Below are positions 55,901-64,000 of a stretch of 64,000 bases of DNA, piece by piece. The notes beneath the pieces were generated by a model. The model ran no database searches and had not been told where the DNA came from. It saw nothing but the letters and a program-made list of their open reading frames with translations. The position numbers and the translations under genes were made by a program. The DNA is from Candidatus Binataceae bacterium (GTDB lineage: Bacteria; Desulfobacterota; Binatia; Binatales; Binataceae), in contig CAWDLC010000014.1 in the NCBI GenBank assembly GCA_963803045.1, forward strand, positions 50,003-114,002, in the 5' to 3' direction. How positions within the stretch are numbered: the stretch's first letter is position 1; each line of letters opens with the position of its first letter.

Positions 55901-57052
55901 TTACGCCTGCGACGCGGCGATCATGGCCTCGAGGCAGCTGCGCGAATTGAAATGCGCCTCGGCGATCTCGCGCGCGGCTCGGCTATGCCGCGAATAGTCA
56001 CTATCGATTTCCGCGACCGCGGCCGCCGCTTCTTTCAGATCACGAAACGCGAAAAGGCCGCGGCCCGTCGGCGAATAGTTTGTGAATCCGGTATCGCCGG
56101 CGACCACTGGACGGCCGCTGGCGAGATAAGCGGCGCTGCGTTCGCTGAACCATCCCGTATTCCAATCGACATGGATCGGTTTCGGGCACATGAATTCGGC
56201 CCGGGAGTTCCGAATGTATTCGCGATACGCGTGGGGAGTGGGCGCAATTTTGTGTGGGTCGACGAGCCTCCAACCGTGCTCGCGTAGCAAAATGCGGTCA
56301 CCCGCCGGGTCAATCTCGCCGATATTCGCGGCCAGTTCGAAAGGACGGCGGGTAAGCCGCGGGAGTTCCACGTATTTGAGATAAGCATCGCGCTTCGAGA
56401 CACTTATCAACTGGCCGCCGTATCTGAGCATTTCCCATGTCCATTGCGTTATCGAAGTGAACGGCGCATCTCGCCCGGGATCGGAAGAGAATTCCCATAA
56501 GGGCAGGTAAACGAACGGGTGGAATGGGCGCCATTTCAGTCCGGCAGTCGGTATCCCGCAATTGGGTTCATGTATGTTGGCGCCGACCGTCAGGTAGGCG
56601 TCATGTTTGCCGATGTCCATGACACGCTCTGCTACGCATACGTGCAGAGCTCCCGGGTCGACGTCGATAAACGCCCGCCGCCGAAAGCGCGAGAGCAGCG
56701 GATCGCCGAGCGCATACCACAGATTCCACAACAAATCGGCGTCGCGAGCGAGCTCCAGGATTTTGGCCCGGCTCGCACCGTGGAATTCCGCCTGTTCCAA
56801 GCTCCGCAGAGGCGGGTCGTTGGTCACCGCCACTGCCGCTTGGCCGTCGAGACCATACGCCGCAAGCCGCTGGAAGAAGTTCTCGACGAGATTGCGATCC
56901 TTTTCCGGATTGCCGGTCGAAGGCAGAATTTCGAGCCAGAAGATGCGATGCCCGAGCGCCTTCAATCCGAGCGGGTATTGCAGGAACCACATCCAATGCC
57001 CGCCGCCTTCGGGGTAAAGGGCGATGGTGGCATTGGCAAGAACAATGAACAT
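55901..57052 (-). CDS. hypothetical protein, possibly glycosyltransferase-like (GT-B C-terminal half)
   Basis: 383 aa. The C-terminal SERSAAYLASGRPVVAGDTGF...GLFAFRDLKEAAAAVAEI resembles the sugar-donor-binding half of GT-B/CgeB-like proteins. This is a weak call. Confidence 0.35.
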   Translation of the reverse strand: MFIVLANATIALYPEGGGHWMWFLQYPLGLKALGHRIFWLEILPSTGNPEKDRNLVENFFQRLAAYGLDGQAAVAVTNDPPLRSLEQAEFHGASRAKILELARDADLLWNLWYALGDPLLSRFRRRAFIDVDPGALHVCVAERVMDIGKHDAYLTVGANIHEPNCGIPTAGLKWRPFHPFVYLPLWEFSSDPGRDAPFTSITQWTWEMLRYGGQLISVSKRDAYLKYVELPRLTRRPFELAANIGEIDPAGDRILLREHGWRLVDPHKIAPTPHAYREYIRNSRAEFMCPKPIHVDWNTGWFSERSAAYLASGRPVVAGDTGFTNYSPTGRGLFAFRDLKEAAAAVAEIDSDYSRHSRAAREIAEAHFNSRSCLEAMIAASQA

Positions 57053-57143
57053 GGCTTGTTAACCCGGAATTTCCATTTTGGACTCTCCAGCGCCGCCGCA
57101 ATATTTTGGTTGAAAAATATCCGCGCGACAAATGCCGGGTTGA

Positions 57144-57602
57144 TCATTCCTTTTCAAGAACGCCCTGAAGGCCTGCCTGCCCGTGCGCGATCAGCGACTG
57201 AGCGCTGACCCAGTCGTTGTGTTGCGGCAGGCCCTCTGACACGAATTTGATTCGGTTGTCGTTCTGGATCTGAAGCGCAATTGCGCTCTTGTAAGAACCG
57301 CCGTCTTCGAGCGCTGTAGTCATCGACGCCGTACCGGTTCCGTCAGGCTCAATCCGGTAGACGCCCCGGATGGCGCCTTTTTTGCCCAGAAAAACCTGCC
57401 AGCCCGACAAATTTCCCCGCCCGTCGAAAGCGACTTCGCCTTCGCCAATTTTCGGACCCCCGGCGTATTTGACGTACGGTTTGATGGTCGAGGTTAGCCG
57501 GTACTTTCCGGCGACGCTGGCGTTGGAGTAGGCGGCTTCGCGATGCGCCGGGAGTGCGCATCCGGCCAGGCACGCAACCAACGTCAACGCCCATCGTGTC
57601 AT
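57144..57602 (-). CDS. hypothetical lipoprotein
   Basis: MTRWALTLVACLAGCALP, with lipobox LAGC; 152 aa. Confidence 0.6.
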   Translation of the reverse strand: MTRWALTLVACLAGCALPAHREAAYSNASVAGKYRLTSTIKPYVKYAGGPKIGEGEVAFDGRGNLSGWQVFLGKKGAIRGVYRIEPDGTGTASMTTALEDGGSYKSAIALQIQNDNRIKFVSEGLPQHNDWVSAQSLIAHGQAGLQGVLEKE

Positions 57603-57643
57603 TCGTCGCGGGAGAAAACGCGCCCCCGCCGCGCTGTGCCCTG

Positions 57644-58603
57644 CTACAGACCCTTCAAGAACTCGATCAGGATCTCATTGATCTCTTTGGGACGTTCCTG
57701 CTGCACCCAATGGCCGGCGCCGGGAAGGATCACTTTCTTTTTCAGATTGGGAGTGAACGCACCCGCCATCTCGTACGCGCCAGCATACATTTTGCCGACC
57801 AGGTCATGCTCACCGGCGGCGAACACCGCTGGCTGGCGCAGCTTCGCGCCGTCGAGGAAAGCGGTCAGCTCCCAGTTGCGATCGAAATTGCGATACCAGT
57901 TGACGCCGCCGCGAAAGCCTGCCCGCTTGAACTCGCCGGCAAAGAAATCCAGGTCGGCTTCCGTGAGCCACGGCGGCAGCTTGTCGGGCACGACGCCGGT
58001 CTCGATAAACTTTTTCGTCTTGGGGAACAGGAAAGAGAACTCTCCGGTCTTCGGCGCATCGCCCGACGCCGAGTAGAGGATCATCGCCATCGAGCGGCGC
58101 GGATCGGCGTCGAGTTCCTTCTCGACCTTGCCCGGCTCCTGGAAATAGAGCTGGTAGAAATTCTGGTCACCGGCCAGGGCCTTCATCGCGTCGGTCGGAC
58201 GCATGGGAGTGCGCGGAATATAAGGAACGCTCAGCAGGGCGATCGCGCGAAAGATGTCGGGGCGCAACAGTCCCGAATACCACGCCACCGGCGCTCCCCA
58301 GTCGTGGCCGGCGATCACCGCCGACTCGACGCCGAGACTGTTGACCAGGCCGACGATATCGCCGACCAGATTCAGAATGTTGTACGACTCGATCGGCTCG
58401 GGCTGGTCGGTCTGTCCGTAGCCGCGCTGATCGGGCGCGACGACGCGGAAGCCCGCCGCCGCGAGCGCGGGAATCTGATGGCGCCACGAGTACCAGGATT
58501 CGGGCCATCCGTGGCACAGCACCACCAGCGGACCCGCGCCCTGCTCGACGTAATGCATCCGGATGCCGTTGCTGGCGACGAATTTGTGTTCCAGTTCAGG
58601 CAT
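57644..58603 (-). CDS. alpha/beta hydrolase, epoxide hydrolase-like
   Basis: HGWPESWYSWRHQIP and GHDWGAPVAW (Asp nucleophile elbow) are typical of soluble epoxide hydrolases. Confidence 0.8.
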   Translation of the reverse strand: MPELEHKFVASNGIRMHYVEQGAGPLVVLCHGWPESWYSWRHQIPALAAAGFRVVAPDQRGYGQTDQPEPIESYNILNLVGDIVGLVNSLGVESAVIAGHDWGAPVAWYSGLLRPDIFRAIALLSVPYIPRTPMRPTDAMKALAGDQNFYQLYFQEPGKVEKELDADPRRSMAMILYSASGDAPKTGEFSFLFPKTKKFIETGVVPDKLPPWLTEADLDFFAGEFKRAGFRGGVNWYRNFDRNWELTAFLDGAKLRQPAVFAAGEHDLVGKMYAGAYEMAGAFTPNLKKKVILPGAGHWVQQERPKEINEILIEFLKGL

Positions 58604-58636
58604 CGAAAAAGAAAACTTCTTGCCGCGCGCGCGGTG

Positions 58637-59611
58637 CTACGAATGCTTGAGCTTTTTGATTTCCTCGGTCATCTCGGGCACCGCTTTGAACAGATCGGCG
58701 ACCAGGCCGTAGTCGGCGATGGCGAAAATCGGCGCCTCTTCGTCCCTGTTGATCGCGCAGATGATTTTCGAGTCTTTCATCCCGGCCAGATGCTGTATCG
58801 CGCCTGAAATTCCGACTGCGATGTAAAGTTCAGGCGCAACCACCTTGCCGGTCTGTCCAACTTGCAGATCGTTGGGCACGAAGCCCGCATCGACCGCGGC
58901 GCGCGACGCGCCCATCGCGGCGCCCAGCTCGTCGACCAGCGGCTCGAGCACGGTCTTGAAGTTTTCGCCCGCCTTGAGGCCGCGGCCGCCCGAAACGATT
59001 GTGCGCGCCTCGGTGAGTTGCGGGCGATCGCTCTTGGTCGCGTTGAATGAAACGAATTCCATCTTGAGAGCGCCCGCGTCGATCTCGGCATTGCGCTTTT
59101 CGACGGGAGCGGCGCTGTCGGCCGGCTTGGCGGCGTCGAATGCGGTGCCACGCACCGTCAGTACTTTGATAGGTCCGTCGATCTCGACCGTCGCCATCAC
59201 GTTGCCCGCGTACGCAGGGCGCACGAAGGTGTGGTCGTCGCCGATTGCGGTAATTTCCGACGCCATGGGAGCGTCGAGGCGGGCGGCGAGGCGCGGAAAC
59301 AGGTCCTTGCCCATCGCAGTTGCCGTAGCGATTACAAATTCCGCGCCTTCCTTCTTCGCCAGTGCGGCAAGAGCCTGCGCGTGCGCGTCGGCGAGATAGT
59401 TCTTCAGCGCGGGATGCGCGAGCGCGATTACCTTGGCGACACCATACCTGGCGATTTCGCCCGCGGCCGCGTCGGGCGCGTCGCCTGCCACGACGGCGAT
59501 GGCTTTGCCGCCGCGCTTTTTCGCCAGCTCGAGGCCCGCGTGAACGGCGACCAGCGTGGCCTTGGGGAAATGTCCCGCCTGATGCTCCGCGAAAATCAGA
59601 ACGTCACCCAT
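58637..59611 (-). CDS. etfA: electron transfer flavoprotein alpha subunit
   Basis: 324 aa. The C-terminal FAD-binding segment is [37 protein letters not shown]. Confidence 0.9.
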   Translation of the reverse strand: MGDVLIFAEHQAGHFPKATLVAVHAGLELAKKRGGKAIAVVAGDAPDAAAGEIARYGVAKVIALAHPALKNYLADAHAQALAALAKKEGAEFVIATATAMGKDLFPRLAARLDAPMASEITAIGDDHTFVRPAYAGNVMATVEIDGPIKVLTVRGTAFDAAKPADSAAPVEKRNAEIDAGALKMEFVSFNATKSDRPQLTEARTIVSGGRGLKAGENFKTVLEPLVDELGAAMGASRAAVDAGFVPNDLQVGQTGKVVAPELYIAVGISGAIQHLAGMKDSKIICAINRDEEAPIFAIADYGLVADLFKAVPEMTEEIKKLKHS

Positions 59612-59650
59612 ATCAATTCACTCCGGCGTTCGCGATCGTAAAAGTCGCAG

Positions 59651-60397
59651 TCAAATAACCTTTGCTTCGGTGTGAAGAAGCGACACCAGCTCCTGCACCG
59701 ACGCGACCTTGCGCCCGCCCTGGCGCTTGGGCGGAGCGGCGAGAGTCTTTATCTTGAGCTTGGGAGCGAGATCGACGCCGAGGCTGTCGGCCGCAATCTC
59801 TTTCAGTTCTTTCTTGCGCGCCTTCATGATCCCAGGCAGCGAGGCGTAGCGCGGCTCGTTGAGGCGAAGATCGGTGGTGATGACGGCGGGCAGTTTGAAC
59901 GCAATTGTCTCAAGGCCGCCGTCAACTTCGCGCACGACCGAGGTCTTGTCGGCCGTAATCTCGATCTTGGATGCGAATGTCGCCTGGGGCCATCCCAGCA
60001 TCTCGGCCAGCATCTGCCCGACCTGGTTCGCGTCGTCGTCGATGGCCTGCTTGCCCAGTATGATCAACTCGGGCTTCTCGTTGCCGGCAATTTTCGCGAG
60101 GATTCTCGCGATTGCGAGCGAGTCGAGCGCGGCGTCGGTCTTGACCAGGATTGCGCGATCGGCGCCCATCGCCAGCCCGGTGCGCAATTGCTCCTGCCAG
60201 GCGGACTGGCCAACTGTGACGAGGACGACCTCGCCGGTCTGTTTCTCCTTGATGCGGAGCGCTTCTTCGATCGCGATTTCGCAAAACGGGTTGATGACCC
60301 ATTTGACGTTGTCGGTGGCGATGCCGGTGCCGTCGGGGAGTACGCGGATGGCGGTCGCGGGATCGGGAACTCGCTTGATTGGTACTAGAATCTTCAA
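59651..60397 (-). CDS. etfB: electron transfer flavoprotein beta subunit
   Basis: TTG start: (M)KILVPIKRVPDP...NPFCEIAIEEALRIKE...; 248 aa, directly upstream of etfA. Confidence 0.85.
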   Translation of the reverse strand: MKILVPIKRVPDPATAIRVLPDGTGIATDNVKWVINPFCEIAIEEALRIKEKQTGEVVLVTVGQSAWQEQLRTGLAMGADRAILVKTDAALDSLAIARILAKIAGNEKPELIILGKQAIDDDANQVGQMLAEMLGWPQATFASKIEITADKTSVVREVDGGLETIAFKLPAVITTDLRLNEPRYASLPGIMKARKKELKEIAADSLGVDLAPKLKIKTLAAPPKRQGGRKVASVQELVSLLHTEAKVI

Positions 60398-60582
60398 GGC
60401 CTTATAACTCCACGCATTCGTTGATGCATCGGTTGAATCTGAAAACAGACGAGGTCGCCCGGAATAGACCCGAGGAACGTAAGGATTTCTAACAGCGGTC
60501 CGACCGTTAGTCAAACCATACTAATGGTCGAGCCGCGGCCTCTAGACGCTTCACCGCTTTCGGAGTTTTAGTAGCGACAGTC

Positions 60583-62244
60583 TTAAGGATAGCGGAGGCC
60601 CGTGGTCGTGAGGCTGAGCGGGAAGTGTCCAAGGATGAAGGGGCCATAGACGGCGATTACCAGGATGACCGAAGCGAGAACCCAGTAGCTAAGCCGATCA
60701 AGCCGCGGCTGCCATCCGATGGTGGATGGTGCCTGGACCGTCGCGGTAAAGGGAAGGTCGCGCGGTTGAGTCTTTTTGCCGGCAACTATCGTCATCACCA
60801 GGATGAAGAAGAACAGCATCGCGCTGACGAACATCAGCGAGCCGCCGACGCCCGTCATTATTCCCGGAATCTTCCACGCCGCCAGGCCGTAGCTGGCATG
60901 CACCATGTCGGTGCGCCGCGGCATTCCCTCAATGCCTCCCGCTTCCAGGCCGTGCGAGAAAATCATCACTGCGAAGAAATAAAAAAACGCCTGGAACAGT
61001 GCGAGGCGCGGCGACCATAGCTCGCGTCGCTCGAGATACGGTATCAGCCAGTAGGCAATTCCCATGTAGGAGAGAGCCACCGCGCAGCCGATGGTTTGAT
61101 GAAAATGCCCCGACACAAACGCGGTATTGTGAATCTCCATGTTCATGGTGTAGCTCGCGTTCATCAGGCCGGAGATGCCGCCGAGCAGGAATGCGATCAT
61201 CGCCAGCACCTGCGCCGCCACTGAGGGATCGCTCCATGGAATCCTGAAGAACCATCCGACCAGCCCGCTCCCGCCGCGACGGCGTCCCCCAATCTCCAGC
61301 GCATACATCACCGAGAACGCCGTTATCAGGCTGGGGAAGAAAATCGCGAAGGTCAGGGCCGCGACGCTGAACTTCAGTCCCTGCGAGACTCCCGGATCGA
61401 CGAACTGATGATGAAAGCCGACCGGGATCAGCAGGATAAAAAGTATGAAGGCCACCCGCGTCAAGGTGTCGCTGAAAAGAACGCCGCCAGACTGTTTCGG
61501 AATCAACCCGTACCATGAAACGTAAATCGGCAGCAGCCAGAAGTACACGATCGGATGCCCGGTGAACCAGAACAGCGTGCGATCGAGCATCGGATCGACG
61601 CCCGGAAGCAAACCCAGCGACCAAGGCAGCAGGAACACCACGACCTCTACGGCCAGGCCGACCGATGCGATATCCCACATCACGTAGGTCGCGATCGACA
61701 TGAAGGCGAGCAGCGGCACTCGCTCGCCCGGATGATCCTTGCGCCATCCGCGCAGCGCCACGAGCTGGACCGCCGAGGTGATCCATGTGCTCACCACCAC
61801 CAGCGCAAGGCCCAGGTAGAACGTCCAGTCGGCTTCCAGCGGCGGATAGAAGGTGTACAGGACCGAGGCCTTGTCGGCGAGCATCGCATACGCCGCCAGC
61901 AGCGAGCCGATAAAAAGCGTCCAGAACGCCGCATGAAGGAGCGCACTATTGAGCTTGTGCCCGAGACCTCGCGCCGTGGTCAGCGCGATGAAGCCGTTCG
62001 CGAACGCCGTCGTGAGCACCAGCGCGTTGAACACGCCATGGATCGTCAGTGCTTGGTAGTAGGATTTCACTACCGGATAGTACTGGACGACGTCCACTCG
62101 CGCATAATTGAGCGCCTGGCCCAGTCCCATGATGACGCCGATCGCAAGCACCGCGAATCCGAAATAAATGTTCCATCGGATAACGTTCAACTGGTCCTGT
62201 GGCAGGGCGAAGCCGGATGGCTCCGAGACGACCGCCGTACTCAC
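60583..62244 (-). CDS. heme-copper oxidase subunit I, B-type (ba3-like)
   Basis: GTG start overlapping the subunit II TGA (GTGA); 553 aa. Contains YYQALTIHGVFNALV and WFTGHPIVYFWLLPIY...PVGFHHQF. Confidence 0.85.
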   Translation of the reverse strand: MSTAVVSEPSGFALPQDQLNVIRWNIYFGFAVLAIGVIMGLGQALNYARVDVVQYYPVVKSYYQALTIHGVFNALVLTTAFANGFIALTTARGLGHKLNSALLHAAFWTLFIGSLLAAYAMLADKASVLYTFYPPLEADWTFYLGLALVVVSTWITSAVQLVALRGWRKDHPGERVPLLAFMSIATYVMWDIASVGLAVEVVVFLLPWSLGLLPGVDPMLDRTLFWFTGHPIVYFWLLPIYVSWYGLIPKQSGGVLFSDTLTRVAFILFILLIPVGFHHQFVDPGVSQGLKFSVAALTFAIFFPSLITAFSVMYALEIGGRRRGGSGLVGWFFRIPWSDPSVAAQVLAMIAFLLGGISGLMNASYTMNMEIHNTAFVSGHFHQTIGCAVALSYMGIAYWLIPYLERRELWSPRLALFQAFFYFFAVMIFSHGLEAGGIEGMPRRTDMVHASYGLAAWKIPGIMTGVGGSLMFVSAMLFFFILVMTIVAGKKTQPRDLPFTATVQAPSTIGWQPRLDRLSYWVLASVILVIAVYGPFILGHFPLSLTTTGLRYP

Positions 62245-62723
62245 TTGACCACCACCTTTCCGGACATCGTGTGATGCAGCTCGCCACAGTATTCGTGGCA
62301 AATCAGCAAGTATTCGCCGGGTTGGGTAAAGCGATAGTCGAATTCAGAAATCTGCCCGGGCATGAGCATCATGTTGACTCGCGTGCCGACGATGAAAAAT
62401 CCGTGGGTTACGTCAGCCGACGTTACGACGAAGCTCACCTCGGCGCCAACCGGAAGGTCGATCTCATTGGGAGTAAAGGTCCAGGTCTTCGCGATCACCA
62501 CCGCCCGGTATTTCCCCGGCGCGACTTCCTGCACTCCTGGGTGATCGAAAGGCGGCGTTTTGCGCAGTACCGTGCGAAGCTTCTGGCCGACCCCGCAGTA
62601 GACCACCCCGCTACGCGAAGGAAGATGGACGCCCATGGCGACGCTGCTGTAGCCAAGCATGCACAGGAAAATCACCAGTACTACGGCGGATGCCGCAAGA
62701 AAGGCCTTCTCGTACCGTTCCAT
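62241..62723 (-). CDS. cytochrome c oxidase subunit II (CuA), ba3-type
   Basis: 160 aa with one TM helix and the CuA motif CHEYCGELHHTM. Confidence 0.85.
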   Translation of the reverse strand: MERYEKAFLAASAVVLVIFLCMLGYSSVAMGVHLPSRSGVVYCGVGQKLRTVLRKTPPFDHPGVQEVAPGKYRAVVIAKTWTFTPNEIDLPVGAEVSFVVTSADVTHGFFIVGTRVNMMLMPGQISEFDYRFTQPGEYLLICHEYCGELHHTMSGKVVVK

Positions 62724-62864
62724 TTATCTGCCCAGCAGCATCCAGAACATCGCGGCCCATCCCGCCGCGAGCGCCAGCATGTACGTTCCTAATATGAAGG
62801 TCGTGCCTGTAGGGGGAGGAAGGTCTTCTTCGGAGAATTCGTCGCGCGATGCTTCGACTGCCAT
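62724..62864 (-). CDS. oxidase small subunit (subunit IIa-like single-TM micro-protein)
   Basis: ATG 62864 with GGAGAGGGG upstream; 46 aa: MAVEASRDEFSEEDLPPPTGTTFILGTYMLALAAGWAAMFWMLLGR. It abuts the subunit II start. The assignment rests on position and topology only. Confidence 0.5.
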   Translation of the reverse strand: MAVEASRDEFSEEDLPPPTGTTFILGTYMLALAAGWAAMFWMLLGR

Positions 62865-63010
62865 GCGGCCCCTCTCCTTTGGCTCCTTAAAACCTGAGCC
62901 GCGCGAACAGAAGCGCAAAGGTCGCCGGACTGATCGCGCGTCGCTGATGAGTTCGACGTGTCAGCGATATCATGAACCGGCGTGAAATCAAATCCCAACT
63001 CGCTCCAGGT

Positions 63011-63028
63011 GCAGGGGCTGGCCCCTGC
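63011..63028. repeat. GC-rich palindromic hairpin GCAGGGGC-TG-GCCCCTGC (family A, copy 3)
   Basis: Perfect 8-bp inverted repeat in the IclR-oxidase spacer. Confidence 0.8.
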
Positions 63029-63037
63029 CCAAGGAAG

Positions 63038-63062
63038 TGTGAAACCCACGGTGGGTTTCACA
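63038..63062. repeat. palindromic hairpin TGTGAAACCCAC-G-GTGGGTTTCACA (family B, copy 2)
   Basis: 12-bp perfect inverted repeat, 10 nt from the family A copy and downstream of the IclR stop (63128). Confidence 0.8.
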
Positions 63063-63127
63063 TCTGATCGTCAACCGGCGCTGCGGCGCAAAGCCCGGCA
63101 ACCGGCGGGCTCTGCGGGCAAAAAAGA

Positions 63128-63910
63128 CTATTCGTTGTAGCCGAGGCGATGCGACAGTTCGCGCCCCGCTTCGAGCAGGCTCGGCGCGATTTCGGCGGTG
63201 ATTCGCTCCGGGCCGATGCGATAGGTCGGGCCAGCGACCGCGACCGATCCGACGACCGAGCGCGTGTAATCGCGAATCGGGACCGCGACCGACGACACTT
63301 CTTCGATGAACTCGCCCGAATCCACCGCGTAACCGTCGCGCGCGACTGCTTCAAGCTGCGCGAGCAGAGTGGCGCGATCGACGATTGTGCGATCGGTGAA
63401 GCGGCGCAGCGTCTCGGGCAACGCGGACTTGAGCTGCTCCTCGGCGTCGAAGGCAAGATGCGCCTTGCCGGCGGCCGTACAATGAAGCGGCAGGGTAATT
63501 CCGATGGGCGGCATGATGCGCACCGCGCGATCTTCGGCCTCAGCCGCTTCGAGCGGGACGACGCCGTCGCGCCGGACGATCGCGACGTAAGCGCTTTCAC
63601 GGCATTTGCGGGCGACATCGGCGAGGATGGGGCGCGCTTGCCTCACCAGGCCCATATGATGAATGTAACGGCGTCCGAGGTGCAGACACTTGATGCCGAG
63701 ACGATAATTCTCGGTGGCTTTGTTTTGTTCGATATAGCCACGCGCTTCGAGCGTCGCGAGCAATCGGAAGACGTTGTTCTTATGCAGCTTGAGCCGCTTG
63801 GAGAGTTCGGTAACGCCGAGTTCATCGACGTCGCCGAAGAACTGCTCGAGCACATCGAGCGCGTGCGCGACGGATTGGATGACGTAGTTGGTTTTATCGC
63901 GTCTGACCAT
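63128..63910 (-). CDS. IclR family transcriptional regulator
   Basis: 260 aa. The N-terminal wHTH is VQSVAHALDVLEQF...LGVTELSKRLKLHKNNVFRLLATLEARGYIEQ, followed by a C-terminal IclR effector domain. Confidence 0.9.
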   Translation of the reverse strand: MVRRDKTNYVIQSVAHALDVLEQFFGDVDELGVTELSKRLKLHKNNVFRLLATLEARGYIEQNKATENYRLGIKCLHLGRRYIHHMGLVRQARPILADVARKCRESAYVAIVRRDGVVPLEAAEAEDRAVRIMPPIGITLPLHCTAAGKAHLAFDAEEQLKSALPETLRRFTDRTIVDRATLLAQLEAVARDGYAVDSGEFIEEVSSVAVPIRDYTRSVVGSVAVAGPTYRIGPERITAEIAPSLLEAGRELSHRLGYNE

Positions 63911-64000
63911 CGGCTTTCCGATGCCACGCTGGCGGTTCTCAATATGGCGCAGCGCGGTATGTAAAAGTGTTTTACTTTAGATGACGCGCTCGAACCGTGT

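Noticed and set aside
63977-64000. A possible 3' end of a minus-strand gene at the right edge (...TRFERVI*).
   Set aside because: Only eight codons are visible, which is too little to support a feature.
1-64000. CRISPR arrays, IS elements or transposases, prophage genes, toxin-antitoxin pairs, restriction-modification systems or other known defence systems.
   Set aside because: I noticed no spaced direct repeat arrays. None of the credible ORFs has nuclease, helicase, methyltransferase, integrase or transposase motifs.

Overview
GC-rich bacterial chromosomal segment, read by eye only; no searches or HMMs were run, and every family call rests on motif recognition. I saw no rRNA, CRISPR array, transposase, integrase or phage genes. 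Most genes fall into four groups. (a) Acyl-CoA and propionate metabolism: an operon of carboxyltransferase, biotin carboxylase, BCCP and methylmalonyl-CoA mutase large subunit, plus enoyl-CoA hydratase, acyl-CoA dehydrogenase, two family III CoA-transferases, a 4-hydroxybutyrate-type CoA-transferase and ETF alpha/beta. (b) Envelope and efflux: a TetR-linked MdtABC-like RND system with two tandem pumps, a MacAB-like ABC pump next to a DUF1329 protein, AsmA and several lipoproteins. (c) Energy: a B-type (ba3-like) heme-copper oxidase with a micro-subunit, and a P3A-type H+-ATPase. (d) Miscellaneous: pyruvoyl arginine decarboxylase, chlorite-dismutase-family protein, YchF, M20 peptidase, CinA, IclR. 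Non-obvious content: (1) The locus decodes selenocysteine. A tRNA-Sec (selC, anticodon UCA) lies at 45157-45252(-). A SelW/Rdx-like selenoprotein gene at 9231-9533(+) has an in-frame UGA in a CxxU motif and a SECIS-like hairpin; the six-frame ORF track cannot show it. (2) Next to selC is a lower-GC islet. It holds a radical SAM enzyme with a C-terminal Cys cluster, divergent from an unannotatable Cys/Gly-rich ORF and two orphan small membrane proteins. This is a candidate RiPP- or bacteriocin-like module and my best guess for an undescribed system. (3) A hydrolase-hydrolase-acyl-AMP ligase-ACP cassette resembles the uncharacterised exosortase-A-associated acyl cassette, but has no exosortase context and no Ser in either nucleophile elbow. 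(4) At least seven frame disruptions, all of the +1 (one extra nucleotide) type, sit in otherwise conserved genes; several are in homopolymer runs. They are either assembly indels or real decay. (5) There is a kinase-amidase fusion and a family III CoA-transferase with apparently permuted domain order. (6) Two families of recurring intergenic GC-rich palindromic hairpins and one 20-bp perfect palindrome are present.
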